Shown: positions 1 to 13,213 of the stretch, one piece after another | How the letters are laid out: every line of letters begins with the position of its first letter | Numbering within the stretch: position 1 is the first letter of the stretch | NCBI GenBank assembly: GCA_964016885.1 | Contig: OZ024740.1 | Location: 235,228,001-235,292,000 of the forward strand | From: Eledone cirrhosa | Taxonomy: Eukaryota | DNA: 64,000 nucleotides | Direction of reading: 5' to 3' | Translations under genes and position numbers: made by a program | Notes under the pieces: model-generated | Database searches by the model: none | Seen by the model: only the letters and a program-made list of their open reading frames with translations | Told to the model about the DNA's origin: nothing

Positions 1-496
1 AAAAACAAAAACGACTATCAATTCACCACCAAGTGCGACAAGCGGCCGCACATCACAAGGGTCAACGGAATATTTGAGGCAAGCCAATACGCTCGCAGCA
101 TTACCACGGGGTGACAGCGAGGCTATGGGGCTGAAAACAAAATCTATAGACACCAAACCAGACTTTTTTTCCTGGAGAGCGCCATAAAATAGATTCCAAG
201 GTTTAACTGGTACATTATTTTGGGATGTTTCGCTTTGGGTGTATAAAATCGCAGACAAGGAAATGACTGTCTGTATCAGTACATGAAACAATTCTTTATA
301 TTACATTTACATGCATAGATCCGTAACTCCCTTGGGAGTCGTTGGGGCGCTGTATTGACATACGGCACTTCTAGGGCATTTTAAAACCTAGCGGAGCCCA
401 TTTAGCAGAAAAAGAATATGTTATTAAATTTTTTTTTAATTTTTTTAAACACTTTAGTCTTTATTGTGTTGTATCAGATGAAAGAATGGTATTTAA

Positions 497-2945
497 CTAA
501 TGTATTGGTACGCTATGGGGCCCACCCACAGCCCCGGCGGACAGAATGGAGAAGGCGTTTCCCCGGAGGACGGCAAGGGAGACGCGCTGGAAAAGCCACT
601 CCAACTCGCGGGGCTCACACCTGCGGCTGGCCAGCTCAGCGCCTATGGTGGTGAGTAAGGAGGTAGCCCTGGGGCCGAGGACACCAGAAGTCTCCACTGC
701 CAGGGGAACGACCGCAAACCTGTCGGAGAGCGACCGGTATTTGGGGAGTTTGGCCCCCTTAGCCCGACGTGCAGCAGAACCTGGGTCAGTCGCAGACTGC
801 ACCAGGTTGTGGCTGCAGAAAGTGTCTGTGCAAGTGGCATCCCAGACGAGGGGTTTGCCACCGCAGAACGGGAAGATGGTCATGCCATCTGGCCTTTTGC
901 CGTCCCCTCGATCCAGCCCCACCGAGTCGAGCTGGGAAGGGAAGCCTGCAGCGTCCAAGCCATACTTAATGACATCATTGAGGGCAGCATGGCGTGGAAT
1001 GCGGCCGGCACTGTGGCGACAGGAAAGTAGGTGGAGGCCGAAAGAGTCCACGGTGGAACCGCAGCGACATTGGTGTGGCTGGCAGATCCGGAGGCCGAGC
1101 CTCAGGGAAACGCCGATTCGCAGTATATGGTTGTCTAGCTGCGTGCCAGTGGAGAAGGAGGGCAGGGCATGGAGCCAGGCACCACTGTGGGGTTTGGAGG
1201 CTGCACGAAAACAAGCAAGGCGGTGCTGGTCGAGCTGGCGCGTGAGCCTGTCTAAGTCCAGGCTGCACTGGATGGCATCCCAAGTGCGTTCGGGGGACTT
1301 GACGTCAACAGGGGGAAAAGGAGGAGGGACGTCTACTGGGCTAAGTCCCAGCCGGTCCCACGTCTCACAGGCGGCCTCACGTTCTCTGAACACAGAGGGT
1401 TCTGTTGTGTTTTGAAGAATCCTGCTGACGAGGACGCGGCACGAAGTTACCGACGAAAGATACACCGGCAAAGCTAGTGAGATCGGGGACCGAAGGCCAA
1501 GGCCGCCATACCTGACCGGTAAAGTGGCCTGTTGCTACCCTATGTCGTCAAACTTGACGTTGCATATCCCCTCAGCTGCTGCTCGGATACAAGTATCGAG
1601 GTCAGCGAGGAGAGATGTCTGGGTGTAGCATGGAGCGCTGCGGAGTGTATAGAGGAGCTTCGGCATGGCGAAGCAGTTCCTCAGCAGAAAGAGAGCTGGG
1701 TGGCCGTCAATCAAGCCTAGTCGGCTCGTGAGAGTCTGGAGCTGTTGAAGCCTAGACCTGATGGTGGAGCGGATGGCCGGCGGGTGGATTGGTGACCCGA
1801 GGATGAGGACATCCTCTTTGGGGGTCACCTGAACCTGGCGGAGAATGGACCGTACGTCCAAGACGGAGGCTGCAAGGCTCGCAGCATCGAGGCTGACGTT
1901 CACCACCTCTGACTTGGCCGAGTTGACCTGGAGGCCGATTCCCGCCAAGGCAGGAATCACCGATTGAAGGTCTTGGCAGACCGTCCGAACGGGCCCGCCC
2001 AACGTAGCATCATCCAGATACCAAACGTTGAGAGGGGCCGTGACACTCCGGGCGATGTCATCAATACCAAGGGCGAACAGGAGGGGTCCCAAAGGGTCGC
2101 CCTGTTGGACCCCAGTAGCCGAGGGTATGACCGTATCAGCAGCTAGGAGCATGCTCGGGGCTCCATATGACAGGTAGGTCAGCGGGTAGGCAGAGGGGGC
2201 TCGGCTGAGGCGGCCTCGAGCAGATGATCTCGGCGTAAAGAGTTAAAGACATTCCTCATGTCAAGCTTGACAATGAGGTGCCTGGAGTCCCTGGATGCCG
2301 GTACCGATGGGCAGCTGCTGAAGAACTGCCTGATTCCATGAGCGGCTCCCTCACAGCCACCGGACACGCCGACACCCAGTTGCACCGGACTAGACTCCTC
2401 ACCCAGTTCGTGTGTGACGGACTTGCAGATCACCTTGGCAGCCAGCCTCCGGAAGACATTGCCCACAGCAATGGGGCGTATGCCACCCTCTTTCTTCCTG
2501 AGAGCGGTGAGGCTGGCCGAAAAAAAGAGGGCGTAAGGGTCGAGGGCACCATGAATGTGCCTATTGGTGAGCACCACAATTGCACTCAGAAGGCGGTGCT
2601 CGGTCTCAGCGGAGAGGGGGGGATGTCAACTCCTTGAGGTGGCCTGGTCGGAGACTATCAACACCTCCGCAGCTGCTAGCTGGGAATACCTGATGGTGGA
2701 CATGATATCTGCATCAGTAGCCACAAGGAGCAGGTGGGGGTCGGTGGTGGTATGGGTCTGAGATCAGTGGGTTGCTCAGGGGATTTGAGCCGCAGAGCAG
2801 CCAGGACCTCTTCGGTGGGTTGGAGGACAGTGTCCTCTAAGGCAACAACTCTGACTGCAGCCGAGACATCATCCATGATAAGCTTTGCGTTTACCTGGTC
2901 ACGCAAACGCTTGGCGTTGGCCTCGGGGGTGGAGGATAGGGTGTA
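497..2945 (-). mobile_element. CRE-like RLE non-LTR retrotransposon, 5'-truncated and frameshifted (RT + CCHC + PD-(D/E)xK endonuclease)
   Basis: Minus ORFs 2676-2906, 2179-2577, 1535-2152 and 497-1471 give IRPIAVGNVFRRLAAK, QLGVGVSGGCE, KLDMRNVFN, QQGDPLGPLLF, WYLDD, then CRCG..HLLSC, RH, RPDG..VWDATC and LQRVSLAVLRGNA. Same family as the copy at ~59760-62860. Confidence 0.9.
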
Positions 2946-4009
2946 CCTGAGGGTGGGGTGTGTTAAATTGTAGAAGGAAAAGTATGTTTAGCTAGTTGTT
3001 ATAGCGGGAAAAGATGTTTTGTAGCAGTAAATGTAACGTTGAAGTTGTAGTAGAAATTAAAGTTTTTCTTCTGTTGTTTGGTTGTAGATTGTCGCTACGA
3101 AAGGAGACGAATCTGTAACATAGTTGTAGGCAAGTGAGTTAGCGAAGTCAAATATTATACTCACTGGTTGTTGCGGAAATGATAGAACCTTGGGAAAACG
3201 GATTTTCCCATATCACGTCCGACGTTATGTTTTTAGTGTGTATGCAAGATTCGTTGGTGGCAGAAATATCATAAGGCTTTATAACATTTTACAATGGTTT
3301 ATTTACAACCGAATTAGTTTACAATATGTTGTGTCGGCATGCCGTAAAAGTGAATGAACAAAAATAAATGTTTGATGCAATGAAAGTGGTTCCTTGGCGA
3401 CAGGGCCAAAGTTTCTTATTTACCGTTACATTTTTGTTAGTGTTGACACGCAAAGGAAAATGGATAATATCTTCTTGAAGTAAAAGCAGCAACTAGAGTT
3501 TAGTCAACAAAGAAGCGCGAAAATCTTTGTTGGATGGAAGTATGTATATTCATGCGTGACGATTGGTCAACCCGTAACCAATTCACGCTTGAAAGATTGC
3601 TGTTGCGAGCCATGAAGTAATGCCGCTACATCCATCTCCTCTCCAGGTCTGAACGCAATAGATTCCTTCCAGAGAAGGATAGAGAGTGGGAAAATGGAAG
3701 TGAAAAAGAGATATACAGGAAAAATCAACCGCAGTACTAGACAGGTACTTTTTATATCGACTTCGAATGGATGAGAGGCAAGTTGATATCGGTATATTAC
3801 ATTTACAGGTGTATAAAAAAAAATTCTATATACATATACAAAATCTCTTAGTGTTATGAAATGCCATTGACATGATATAAAAATAATTGAGTCGTATCTA
3901 AGAACAAAGGGAACAGAAAAGAAAGAAGAAGAAAATGAAAAGGAGAAAAATGAGAGGGAAAAAGGATCAAGCAATGAAAGAAAGAGAGAGTGGGGACAGA
4001 CACTAAACC

Positions 4010-5640
4010 TCAGTCTAAGCGGTACCTCAGAGAGACCCGCTGCAACAGCCACTCCACCTCAATTGATTCTCTCCTCAAGTGGGCCGCCGTTTTCCCCACT
4101 TTACGGAGGAAATCAGCAGTGCAGCGACCAAGGACGCCAGAGGTCTCGACGGAGACCGATAAAATGAGGAAGCGGTCAGTCAGGCCCCGGTATTTAACTA
4201 TCTTAACACCCACATTGCGGAAAGCAGAGCCCGGGTTTGTGACCGAAGCAACAAGGCTGGGGGAGGAGAACAAGGCGTCACACGTCGCGTCCCAAATTAA
4301 AGATTTGCACCCCATCCCTTCGAAAAGGGTTAATCTGTCGGTGTGCTTGCCGGCTCCAATTGTAACGGGAAACCGGCTGGCTGCGTCGAAACTCTTTCTG
4401 AAGATGTTGTTCAGAGAGGCATGACGAGGGAACCGGCCTGCACTAAGGCGGCAAGATAACGGGTGCAAACCAAACTCGCGACTACTGCTCCACAACGGCA
4501 CCTGTGTGGCTCACCAAGCGGAGGCTGAGGCGCTGTGCCACTCCAATGCGAGTGTACTCCTCATCAAGAAGGGTACCGATTGATGAGGAAGGCACCGAAT
4601 GGAGACAAACGCCACTGTTTGGTTGCGAGGCAGAGCGTTGGCAGGTGAGATGGTGTTGGTCCAAGGAAGACTCAATTCGCCTGGAGGCAGACATGCACTT
4701 GAAACTGGAGGAGGGTAAGGCCTTCAACGGTCCAATCAGCCTGAGGTGTCAACAGTTCCCATGCCACGCCAGGTTTTGTCGTCTTGTAAAAGATCTCGTT
4801 GATAAGGGTGTGACTGGAGGAGATTGAGGAGAAATAGGCCGGCAGTACCAAGTCAAGAGTTGATCGGAGGCCAAGGCCGCCGAATCTCACAGGGAGTTTC
4901 GCTTGTTTCAGCGTCGGATGGTGGAATCGAATTTGACTCGTCGATCTGCTAGAAGGTGCGCGTTTATGAGGTGTAATCTCTCCGTCATCTTCGTCGGGTT
5001 TGCATGCTTGGTCGCCAGGCACTCGCGTATGACTTTCGGGAGGATTGGAGAACCGAGATTACTGATAGCCTCCTTAGGGTTCAGCTGAGTCCCAGTCAGG
5101 ACAGGATCGATGCTAGGTACGGCGACTTGGCATGAAGTAGCCTGTTGGTGTGAGTGGTAATGGATTGGAGCAACTGTGCTCCTACCTCAGCGGAGTGTGA
5201 CGTGATGGGTCTCTGAGCTGGCTGGGTCGCATGTCATCCACTCCTTCGTTGCTGCTCCCTGGAGAGGTTCCCAGGGCTGCTGTCAAATCCTCGTCGGACG
5301 CAGACAAGGCAGCAATATTGTCGGGGATCTAGAAGTCCCTGATGTCGGTCGGTGGATCCGGGTGCTTGAGATGGAGAGAGGCTAGGACCTCCGGTGTGGA
5401 CTGGAGTACCGTGTCACTCGAGGCCAGCACACGCATCGCAGCTAAACGTCGCCCTCGATTAATTTTATGATTGACTTGGCCACGGAGCCGTTTTGCACAA
5501 TCGGAAAGTGACTGCCTGCGCGGTGTTGGAGAAGCGTGACTGGTAGACAGTGGAGGAGAAGCGAGGAGCTGATTAGTGAAGAGTGGTCGAAGGAAACGAT
5601 ATAACCTCTGAGCGTCAAAGTCAAGGAGGGGACCGACACC
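4010..5640 (-). mobile_element. Degenerate, internally deleted CRE-like RLE retroelement (different subfamily)
   Basis: Fragments LPVRFGGLGLRS, GLHPLSCRLSAGRFPRHASLN, LIWDATCD, VETSGVLG and WLLQRVSL, with many stops and frameshifts. Confidence 0.8.
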
Positions 5641-6079
5641 CTCCGTCCTTTCCCGTCATATGCAAGATGACTGCTTATTCATTGTAAATCTACGCGTTTT
5701 GAAATATTTTTAATCGATAAACTGAAAGATGTATTTGTGAAAATCTTTTTTCTGAATGATTTATTTGTGATTTTTTAAAAAGTCCACAAACTGAAAGAAA
5801 ATAATTACGAGGTGTAATAAATGTTTCTGACAAACCCAAATAGAGGGATGCCATAAATATATTATGATTATGTATCCGACGTCAGCTGAACTCTTATAAA
5901 TATATCGAGGACATATTGACTGAAATTCCTTGCATGCCGACCCGTCGTCAAGATGTAGGGGTGGCGTCACTGTAGTAGTTCACAGATTTAGAAATAAATA
6001 CTGTGATATGCGTATTCTAAAATTCCACCTTGGAATATTGCGTGCTTGTTCAGACTGAGAAGACCGAGGTCTGTAACTC

Positions 6080-6605
6080 CAGTGCACTCAAAGTGGAAAC
6101 TGATGTCTGTTGGGGACTGAGATGTCTATGTGGCAGATCCTTCGACTCCACAGGCCTCCATAGTTTGTTTTGCGCCTGAATGCTAGTCGCTTCGCCCGTC
6201 ACACTGAGCTAAGCCTGATCATTAAGCGAGCCCTATCTCGAGTAAATATCCCCCCAGTTCTGGAGCCGGCTGGATAATCCAGAATTGATGGGAAGAGGCC
6301 AGATGGTTTTACTCTTTGTTCTTGGGTAAGAGGTAGATGTCTCATCTGGGACGTCACAATCAGTGACTCTTTTGCTCCCTCCCACATACTGGATGTCGCA
6401 GTAAATGCCATTGCTTCCGTAGCCGAACGGAATGAAATTCTAAAATACTGTGAATTATCAACTATTTTCTCCAGCCTGTGACGTTCGAGACGTTTCGTGG
6501 GGCCGGGCCGCCGACAGCGAAGTTCTCGGTGGCTCGCCTTACCGAGATATCAGGTGATGCCCGTGGGGCTACTTGGTTGTTTCAGCGTCTTAGCTTCGCC
6601 ATCAA
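6080..6605 (+). mobile_element. 3' fragment of CRE-like element (zinc knuckle/RLE region)
   Basis: Reads RCLCGRSFDSTGLH..RFARH, DGKRPDGFTLC..LIWDVT and WLFQRLS in broken frames. Similar to 11330-11830. Confidence 0.75.
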
Positions 6606-7084
6606 CCTCAAAAATTTCCGATGACCCTTGTGGTGTGTGACCGATTGACGCACTGGGTAATATTGACGAAGTTTTGGAATAAGTTCTTCCAATCTACATT
6701 CGTAACCTTTTTTTTTTCAACTTCGTATTTCTGTGATTTAAACTAAAGAGTTTAGGATTCTACAACAGTAAGGGACAAAAGCAAAAGAACTGTAAAGAAA
6801 ACTTCAAGAGTCCCCTCATCTCATCTCTGTTTTCTAAAAAACGATTCGTTTGCAATGGATTTCGACTGGATTTTTAGAAAACGGAATGGTGGTGATAGTG
6901 GTGCGCACGAAGTGTGTGTGTGTGTGGTGTTGGTGGGGGTGGGGGGCTTTGGAGTTTTCTTTACAATTGTGTGTTTTCATCAAATCTGACTCTTAGAACC
7001 GTTGGAAATTATTCGTTTTTTGTTAACGGTATATCACGAAAGTTAGAGTCACGGAATATATATACTGCAGTGACGCTACTAATA

Positions 7085-8163
7085 GAGCCACCCATATCAG
7101 ATGATTACACGGGGTGTTAGAGATTAATGGCTACCCAGCTTCCTTCTCCGCCCAATGACGAAACCCCAGACCCAGAGACAGGACCAACCCAAACAACAGT
7201 TGCTTCTTCAAGATCCTACATCTCAGCGAGAAAACTTTAGGAGATTAGTATCGGTGTACATATATGCATTATCAGAAATGACAATAAATGCCGGTGTGTG
7301 TTGTGACAAGGTTTTACTTCACAGAAGTCAAATGGATTAATATAAATAAATGGTTACCCGTTGGTCACAACTCCTAGGCTAAAGTGTGTGGAGAAGAACA
7401 GAGATCTTCTCTTGGAGGTGTTAACATTTTCTTAGGCTGCCGGTGGCATTCTTCTTGAGTGGCGAAGGAAATGAGGCAGCAATTCTTCTTCTTGGTGGCG
7501 AAGGAAATGAGACAGGAGTCATCTCATGACAAGGTCGCAGGTGTTGTTAACACTTTGGGATTCAGGAGGCGAGAGAGTGAGATCGCCCTGACCTGTCCCT
7601 TTTATAGGGTCTCAGGACGGAAGTGACAAAAAGGGTTCTGCCACCCCAACGGGAAGTAACTCCAGCTACTTCCTGTCTAGAGAGCGGTGATGTGATTGTC
7701 ATAACAAGGGAAGCAACTCTTGCTACAAAACTACCAACGCCATATGCAAAGCCATCAGGAGAGAGGGCCTCAATATCAAACTAGCTCACTCTGTACCTTC
7801 CCTGCGAAGATGCCTCTCCAAAAGGCACCCCCCTCCTCCTCAACAAGCATAACAGATGCACCCTAGCCAATTGCCCTATCCGCAACACTAATTGTTGCCT
7901 ACATACCTATGTAGTATACAGGCTAGAATGTAACAGGTGCAATCTATTCTACATAGGCAGCACTATTCGACCGTTACATCTCCTCTTCCTTCTGCAAATG
8001 CATCAGCAAACGAGGAAACCGGGACAACAATATTACTACCACAGTCTTAGCTACCGAATGCAGTATTGGTACACTGAGAATTAAGGAAGCCCTCTTGATC
8101 AAGCAATTAAAGCCTAGGATCAATAATCGAATGGAAAGAAGTGCACATGAATGTCTAATTTAA
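7085..8163 (+). mobile_element. Penelope-like element relic (end of RT + GIY-YIG endonuclease), interrupted by a 491-bp insert
   Basis: VLEINGYP near 7115; CTLANCPIRNTNCCLHTYVVYRLECNRCNLFYIGSTIRPLH at ~7857-7980; LRIKEALLIKQLKPRINNR..stop at 8163. This is the Penelope GIY-YIG layout. Confidence 0.8.
7237..7727 (-). mobile_element. Solo-LTR-like insertion with 5-bp TSD AAACT
   Basis: AAACT at 7232-7236 and 7728-7732. Removing the insert restores Penelope ...HLSEKT/TNAICKA. Minus strand starts TGTAGCAAG and contains CTATAAAAGG (~7598-7607). The 3' end reads ..TAA rather than canonical CA. Confidence 0.6.
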
Positions 8164-9749
8164 AAGCCTGTATTCCAACATCCCAGTTGCCCTTTTCATT
8201 CTTTCTTTCGAATTAAATCTACGTCCTCACTAAGCATAGACACTTAGACTCACACACACACATATTTTTCCCACAGCTAATTTTTTCTTTTCAAAGAATG
8301 TTGTATTAGGCGGGTTCGTTGAATTTAAACCACGTGTTATGCTGTTATCAACAAGAAGGTTTTTTTTTACAATGCACTGATACAGTACAAGAAAGCTTGC
8401 GTGTTGTTCTTTAAAAATACTACTTCTATTTTTTTTTGAAAGGAAATTTAGTTCCCACGGCTGGATCACCAATTTAGAAGAGGTTATTTTGTAGATGTTT
8501 GTGTTGAGAATGTGTGTATTTGTGTATTGTATCACAGAAGTCACCATTGAAGATGTTAAAAGCAATGTGGAAAACAGCACCATACGACTTTATAATGTTT
8601 ATAATATTTTTCTCGACCCGTTCCTGCAGGACGGGTTTTTTTTAGGGCTCCGCTTAAGTCAACACATACAACCATGTGCGAATAACCACAAAGAACAAGA
8701 AATCAATCACTGAAATATTTACTTAAATAGCCCTTACAAACCTAAGGTAACACAGCAAAAAGCCTATTTAGCCTTACCCGGACGAAAGCTAGGAAATTCC
8801 ACAATTTATTATTCATCTGAACGTTATCTCCTTAATTATGTGGTGGGTGCTAGCACATCTCTCAACAAGATTTCTGCTCTGTTAACCTGGCTTCCACACA
8901 CTGAAGCATTAACACAGCAGTAACTCAATCACTTTTACATGTGAGTTGCATTTACAACCAAAAGAATAAGAAAACACGGAAACATTTCTTCAAATACAAA
9001 CATTTTTATTGGTGAAGATTCTCATAAGGAACTGGATTTTACCATTCCGTTGGATCACTTAACTCCCAGGGACATTCGAACGGATTTTACCATTTACAAT
9101 CTACGGAGAGGAATAACAGATCTTCGGAGGATAAAAAAAAAAAGAAAATTAAAAATTTTAAAGGATTGGTTGTGGAAACAACGCATGGAATTAACCTGGA
9201 GCAATTGTATCACACAATTATACATTCCTCCTTAATGTACACTTAAATTTTTTCAAAAACAAACCCCCAAATATAAAATAAAAATAAATAATTATAAATG
9301 GCGAGGAACCGCCACTAGCTTCACAAGAAGAGATTACACATGGCATCATCCCATCTCTCTCTTGAAATAACCTGAATCTATTTATAGTCAGGTGTGACTG
9401 AAAGATCAATCCATACTTCCATTCTATTTCACAGAATTAGAGGCTTTGACCACTTGATAGAATTCAGGACCAATAATGTAATCACTCTGTAATTGTAAAC
9501 ATATTTTATCACTATCATTCAGGTTTTGATTTTACTGAAGTCTTGCCCATGTGTCTTTTTTTTTTTTACACAAACTCACAATTTCGGTTTTTACTGAGGA
9601 TTTACCCATGCGAAATATTACTCAAACTCACAGCCTTAGATTTTGTACTTCTAGCGTTTTTATTTCATACTCTTTGCATGTTCAGTTCTCTTTCTCTCCC
9701 ACTGTATTTACCTGCCTCTCACATGACCACACTCCTCTCTACGCACTCA

Positions 9750-11840
9750 TAATCTTCTCCCCCCTTCTCCACTTTCTATCCCTCCCCTTGCTCACCCCTT
9801 ACTTCGTCCTCGCGCACAGCCCACCTAGGTGTTCGTTCAATCCATCGGTGGCCCGATGTTTCGACCGAACTATCACCGGTGATTGCCGATTGCTAAAGTT
9901 ACCACCACTTTAAGCTAGTCCACTCTAGGTGGCGGTGGCATGCGTCGAACGACCAAGAGACCTGCTTGGTGGAACGACTATGTGACAAACGGTCAGCCTT
10001 CGACCTCTCATTCTCCACCAACTGCAAAGGCGTGTTTGCTGTTGGTCTCCGACTCACTGGCGGAGGAATTTTCCCCCATCCAGCTGAAGGTGGGTACCAG
10101 GTTGGGATGTGAAGCTGCTGTCCACGCTCTAGAGCATTTACCAACTTGCCCTCCTCGTCCCCTAAAGTCATCCTCAAACTTGACCTCAATAATGCTTTCA
10201 ACTCCGTCAGCCGCGACATCGTCCTCGGCTCAGTAAGAGAGAGGGTCCCACAACTCTACCACTTTGCTTGGCAGGCTTATCGGGAGCCCTCCTACCTCTC
10301 TTTCGGTGACCAAATCATCACCTCTGCCTCAGGAGTCCAACAGGGTGACCCACTCGAGCCCGCTCTGTTTGCACTGGACATTGATGACGTCACCAAGATG
10401 GGGGCTGAGTTGGACCTCAATGTCTGGTACCTCGACGACGCCTGTTTGGGGGGAACTCCGGATATGGTTCTCGCCATTGCCAACAAGATGGTGGAGGAGC
10501 TTGGCCGCCGGGGTCTCCAGATCAATAGCTCCAAATGTGAGCTCTGGATCCTCAGCCACCCGGCTTCTCAACACCAACAGCTAATCGACCTGTTTGCAGA
10601 ATCCTTCCCTTCCATCGCGGTCCCTCCCTCGTCGGCTTGGTTTTCCTTAGGAGCCCCAATCACAGACCTGGCCTTCGAGTCAACCTTCCAATCGAAGATG
10701 GTTGGCCTTGAGCAGCTGCTGAGGAATATCGAAGTTATCGAACCTCATCAAGGTTTCTTCATACTCAGGAACTACCTGTCTATTTCTAAGCTTCTGTATT
10801 TGCTCAAGGTCAGCCCCTCTCACAGATTTCCGTCCTGCCTCCAACGCTTCGACGACCTAATCTTCGAGAGACTCGAGTGCCTGGTCAATGCTAGACTCTC
10901 TCCAGAGTCCCGCGATAAGGCTGCGTTGCCCAAGCGATTTGGGAGTCTTAGTCTTCGTAAGTGTTCGTCCCTCTCTCTCCCCTGCTTCCTTTCCTACCCC
11001 ACGCTTGCTCCACCCTGGTGAGCAGCATCCTCTCCTCTCTAACATGGACTAGTTCCAACAGGGAGTTGGGTGAAGCTCTCCAGCAATGGAGTGAGTTGGG
11101 CTTGTCTCTTCCTGAGAAGGTGGAGGACAGTCGAAGTCAGAGAACTTGGGACAGCATAAGTTCGAAGGCCACCTTCGACTCCCTCTTCGTCCAGTAAAAT
11201 CAGTTTGCAAGGTGCCGCTTACTATCTGCCAGCGCCAAATACTCAGGCGACTGGGTTGATGCCCTACCCGTGGCCAACGTTGGTGTCCTACTCAGCCTGG
11301 ACGAACTTCGTGTCCCCATCACCCTCAGAGTGGGAGCTGACGTCTGCATGGGTTTGAGGTGTTGATGCGGCAAACTCCTCGACTCCACGGTATTTCTTGC
11401 CCCCTGAATGCCGGCCACACGGAGCTAAACCTCATTCTGAAGAGAGCTTTGGCCCGGGCGAATATCCCCTCAGTCTTGGGTTGTCCAGAAGTGACGGCAA
11501 AAGACCTGACGGTCTTACCCTATGCCCCTGGTCGAGATGCAGGTGCCTTGTCTGGGACGTCACTGTTAGTGACTCTTTTGCTCTTTCCCACATCCTGGAT
11601 GCTGCGGTTAAGACAAGAGCCACAGCTTCTGCAGCCGAGCGGAGTAAGACCCTCAAATACTCTGATCTGTCGGCCAGCCTGTGGCTTTCGAGGCGTTTGG
11701 GGGAGTCGGGCCGCTGACTGCGAGGTTCCTCTCTTCACTGGCGAATCTCGCGAGGGCGCTTGGCTGTTTCAGCGCATCAACCTCGCCTTCACCCGATGCA
11801 ACGTTGCGAGTGTGCTGGCTTGCCTCAAAAATCATTAGAG
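9750..11840 (+). mobile_element. CRE-like RLE retroelement, degenerate (third subfamily)
   Basis: ORF 10146-11021: LKLDLNNAFNSVSR, GVQQGDPL, NVWYLDD, LPKRFG. Downstream: DGKRPDGLTLCPW..LVWDVTVSD and WLFQRINLAFTRCNVASVL. Confidence 0.85.
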
Positions 11841-12511
11841 AGGTTGCCCAGTACTCGCGAGGTTGCTGTTTTTTGCTCTGGTGTTGGCTCCGTTGTTCAC
11901 CCCTTCCTTTACATTTTCTTTAATATATCTTTCTGAAAGAATCGCGAGCTATTTATAATGTTGTCTAAGCATTTATAATGTTATTTATGTATATATTTAA
12001 AACATATTTGTTATGTTATTATACTGTAAATTTATTTATATGCTCTATTTATATTTTCATTCTGAAAGAATTGCAAACCTTTTTATTATATACATATTCG
12101 CACGCGCCCTTCACTACATAAACTTACATTCTTGCACACACATACATACATCCCACTAAGCACACTTACATTCACGCACACACATGCATATATCATACAT
12201 TTCCCCAGACATTTCACAACGCACACGATTGAAATTTTAACGTATTTTCATTACATTTAACTTAAATCTGCCTTCCTAACAAATGATCTCCGATCGATCC
12301 TTTAAGACCCTCACAAGGATACTCCCTTGATAATGTGTTTTTAAACCCGAAAATATTTAGGATTATCAAATTTGCGAAGGTAAGATTCTATTGTTATCTT
12401 GGCATTTTTAATTTTCTAATGCGTTGTATGATTTTCAAAATTATTTAAAATTTAAATTTATATTTCCTATTCAACAATGCTTCAAGCAAACTACAACATT
12501 CTAATATATAT

Positions 12512-12703
12512 AAATAGTCGTTTTGGAAGCCTCAACAACGCAGATGGGTAAATCTCCGTGTAACAGAATCAGGTGGTAATGAGAGGAAGCGTAGAAGGAG
12601 ACGCTCTCTACGCTTCCTCTTACATTTCTCTCTCATTACCACCTGATTCTGTTACCCGGAGATTTACCCATCTGCGTTGTTGAGGCTTCCAAAACGACTA
12701 TTT
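12512..12703. repeat. Near-perfect ~190-bp foldback (inverted repeat)
   Basis: 12512-12585 is the reverse complement of 12630-12703 with one mismatch in 74 nt. An inner stem pairs 12582-12595 with 12607-12620. Confidence 0.95.
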
Positions 12704-12755
12704 TTATTATTCCACAATGCTTCAAGCAAACTTCAACACTCTCTTATATATATAT

Positions 12756-13015
12756 CATCATCATCGTTTAATGTCCATTATCCACGTTAGCATGAGTAGG
12801 ACGGGCAGTACCTTGATTCGCATATACGGAATTGATTTTGGCTTGCTTTCTACAGCTGGATACCCTTCCTAACGCCAACCACAATTACAGTGTGTGCTAG
12901 GTTCTTATTGTCGTGTCATTTACACTACCACTATACAGTGTGGATTGGGTGCTTTTTGTCGTGACACCTACTCGACCACTTTATATTGAGAGCTGGGCAC
13001 TTATTGTCGAGGCTC
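12756..13015 (-). mobile_element. SINE-like repeat with (GAT)n tail; related pieces at ~39864-39960, ~41590-41745 and ~53885-54125
   Basis: Shared GGTTGGCGTTAGGAAGGGTATCCAGCTGTAGAAA-like core and ..GGACRTTAAACGATGATGATG tail recurring within the window. Confidence 0.55.
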
Positions 13016-13029
13016 CAAATATATATATA

Positions 13030-13177
13030 CTAGCAGAATCGCCCGGCCTTGCTCGGGATTTGCTCTAGGGTTCTTATATATTTAATATATATATTTATCC
13101 TTATCGAGCCTCGTGAAATAAATACGTTTGTTTATATTTTGTTATTGTGTATGCAAAAATATCTGTACACGAATTTA

Positions 13178-13213
<36 letters not shown>

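Noticed and set aside
546-1415. Long antisense ORFs over CRE and Tx1 elements (also 24709-25314, 27557-28066, 31117-31818, 59793-60402)
   Set aside because: Shadow frames of GC-rich or low-complexity coding sequence, with no recognisable domains.
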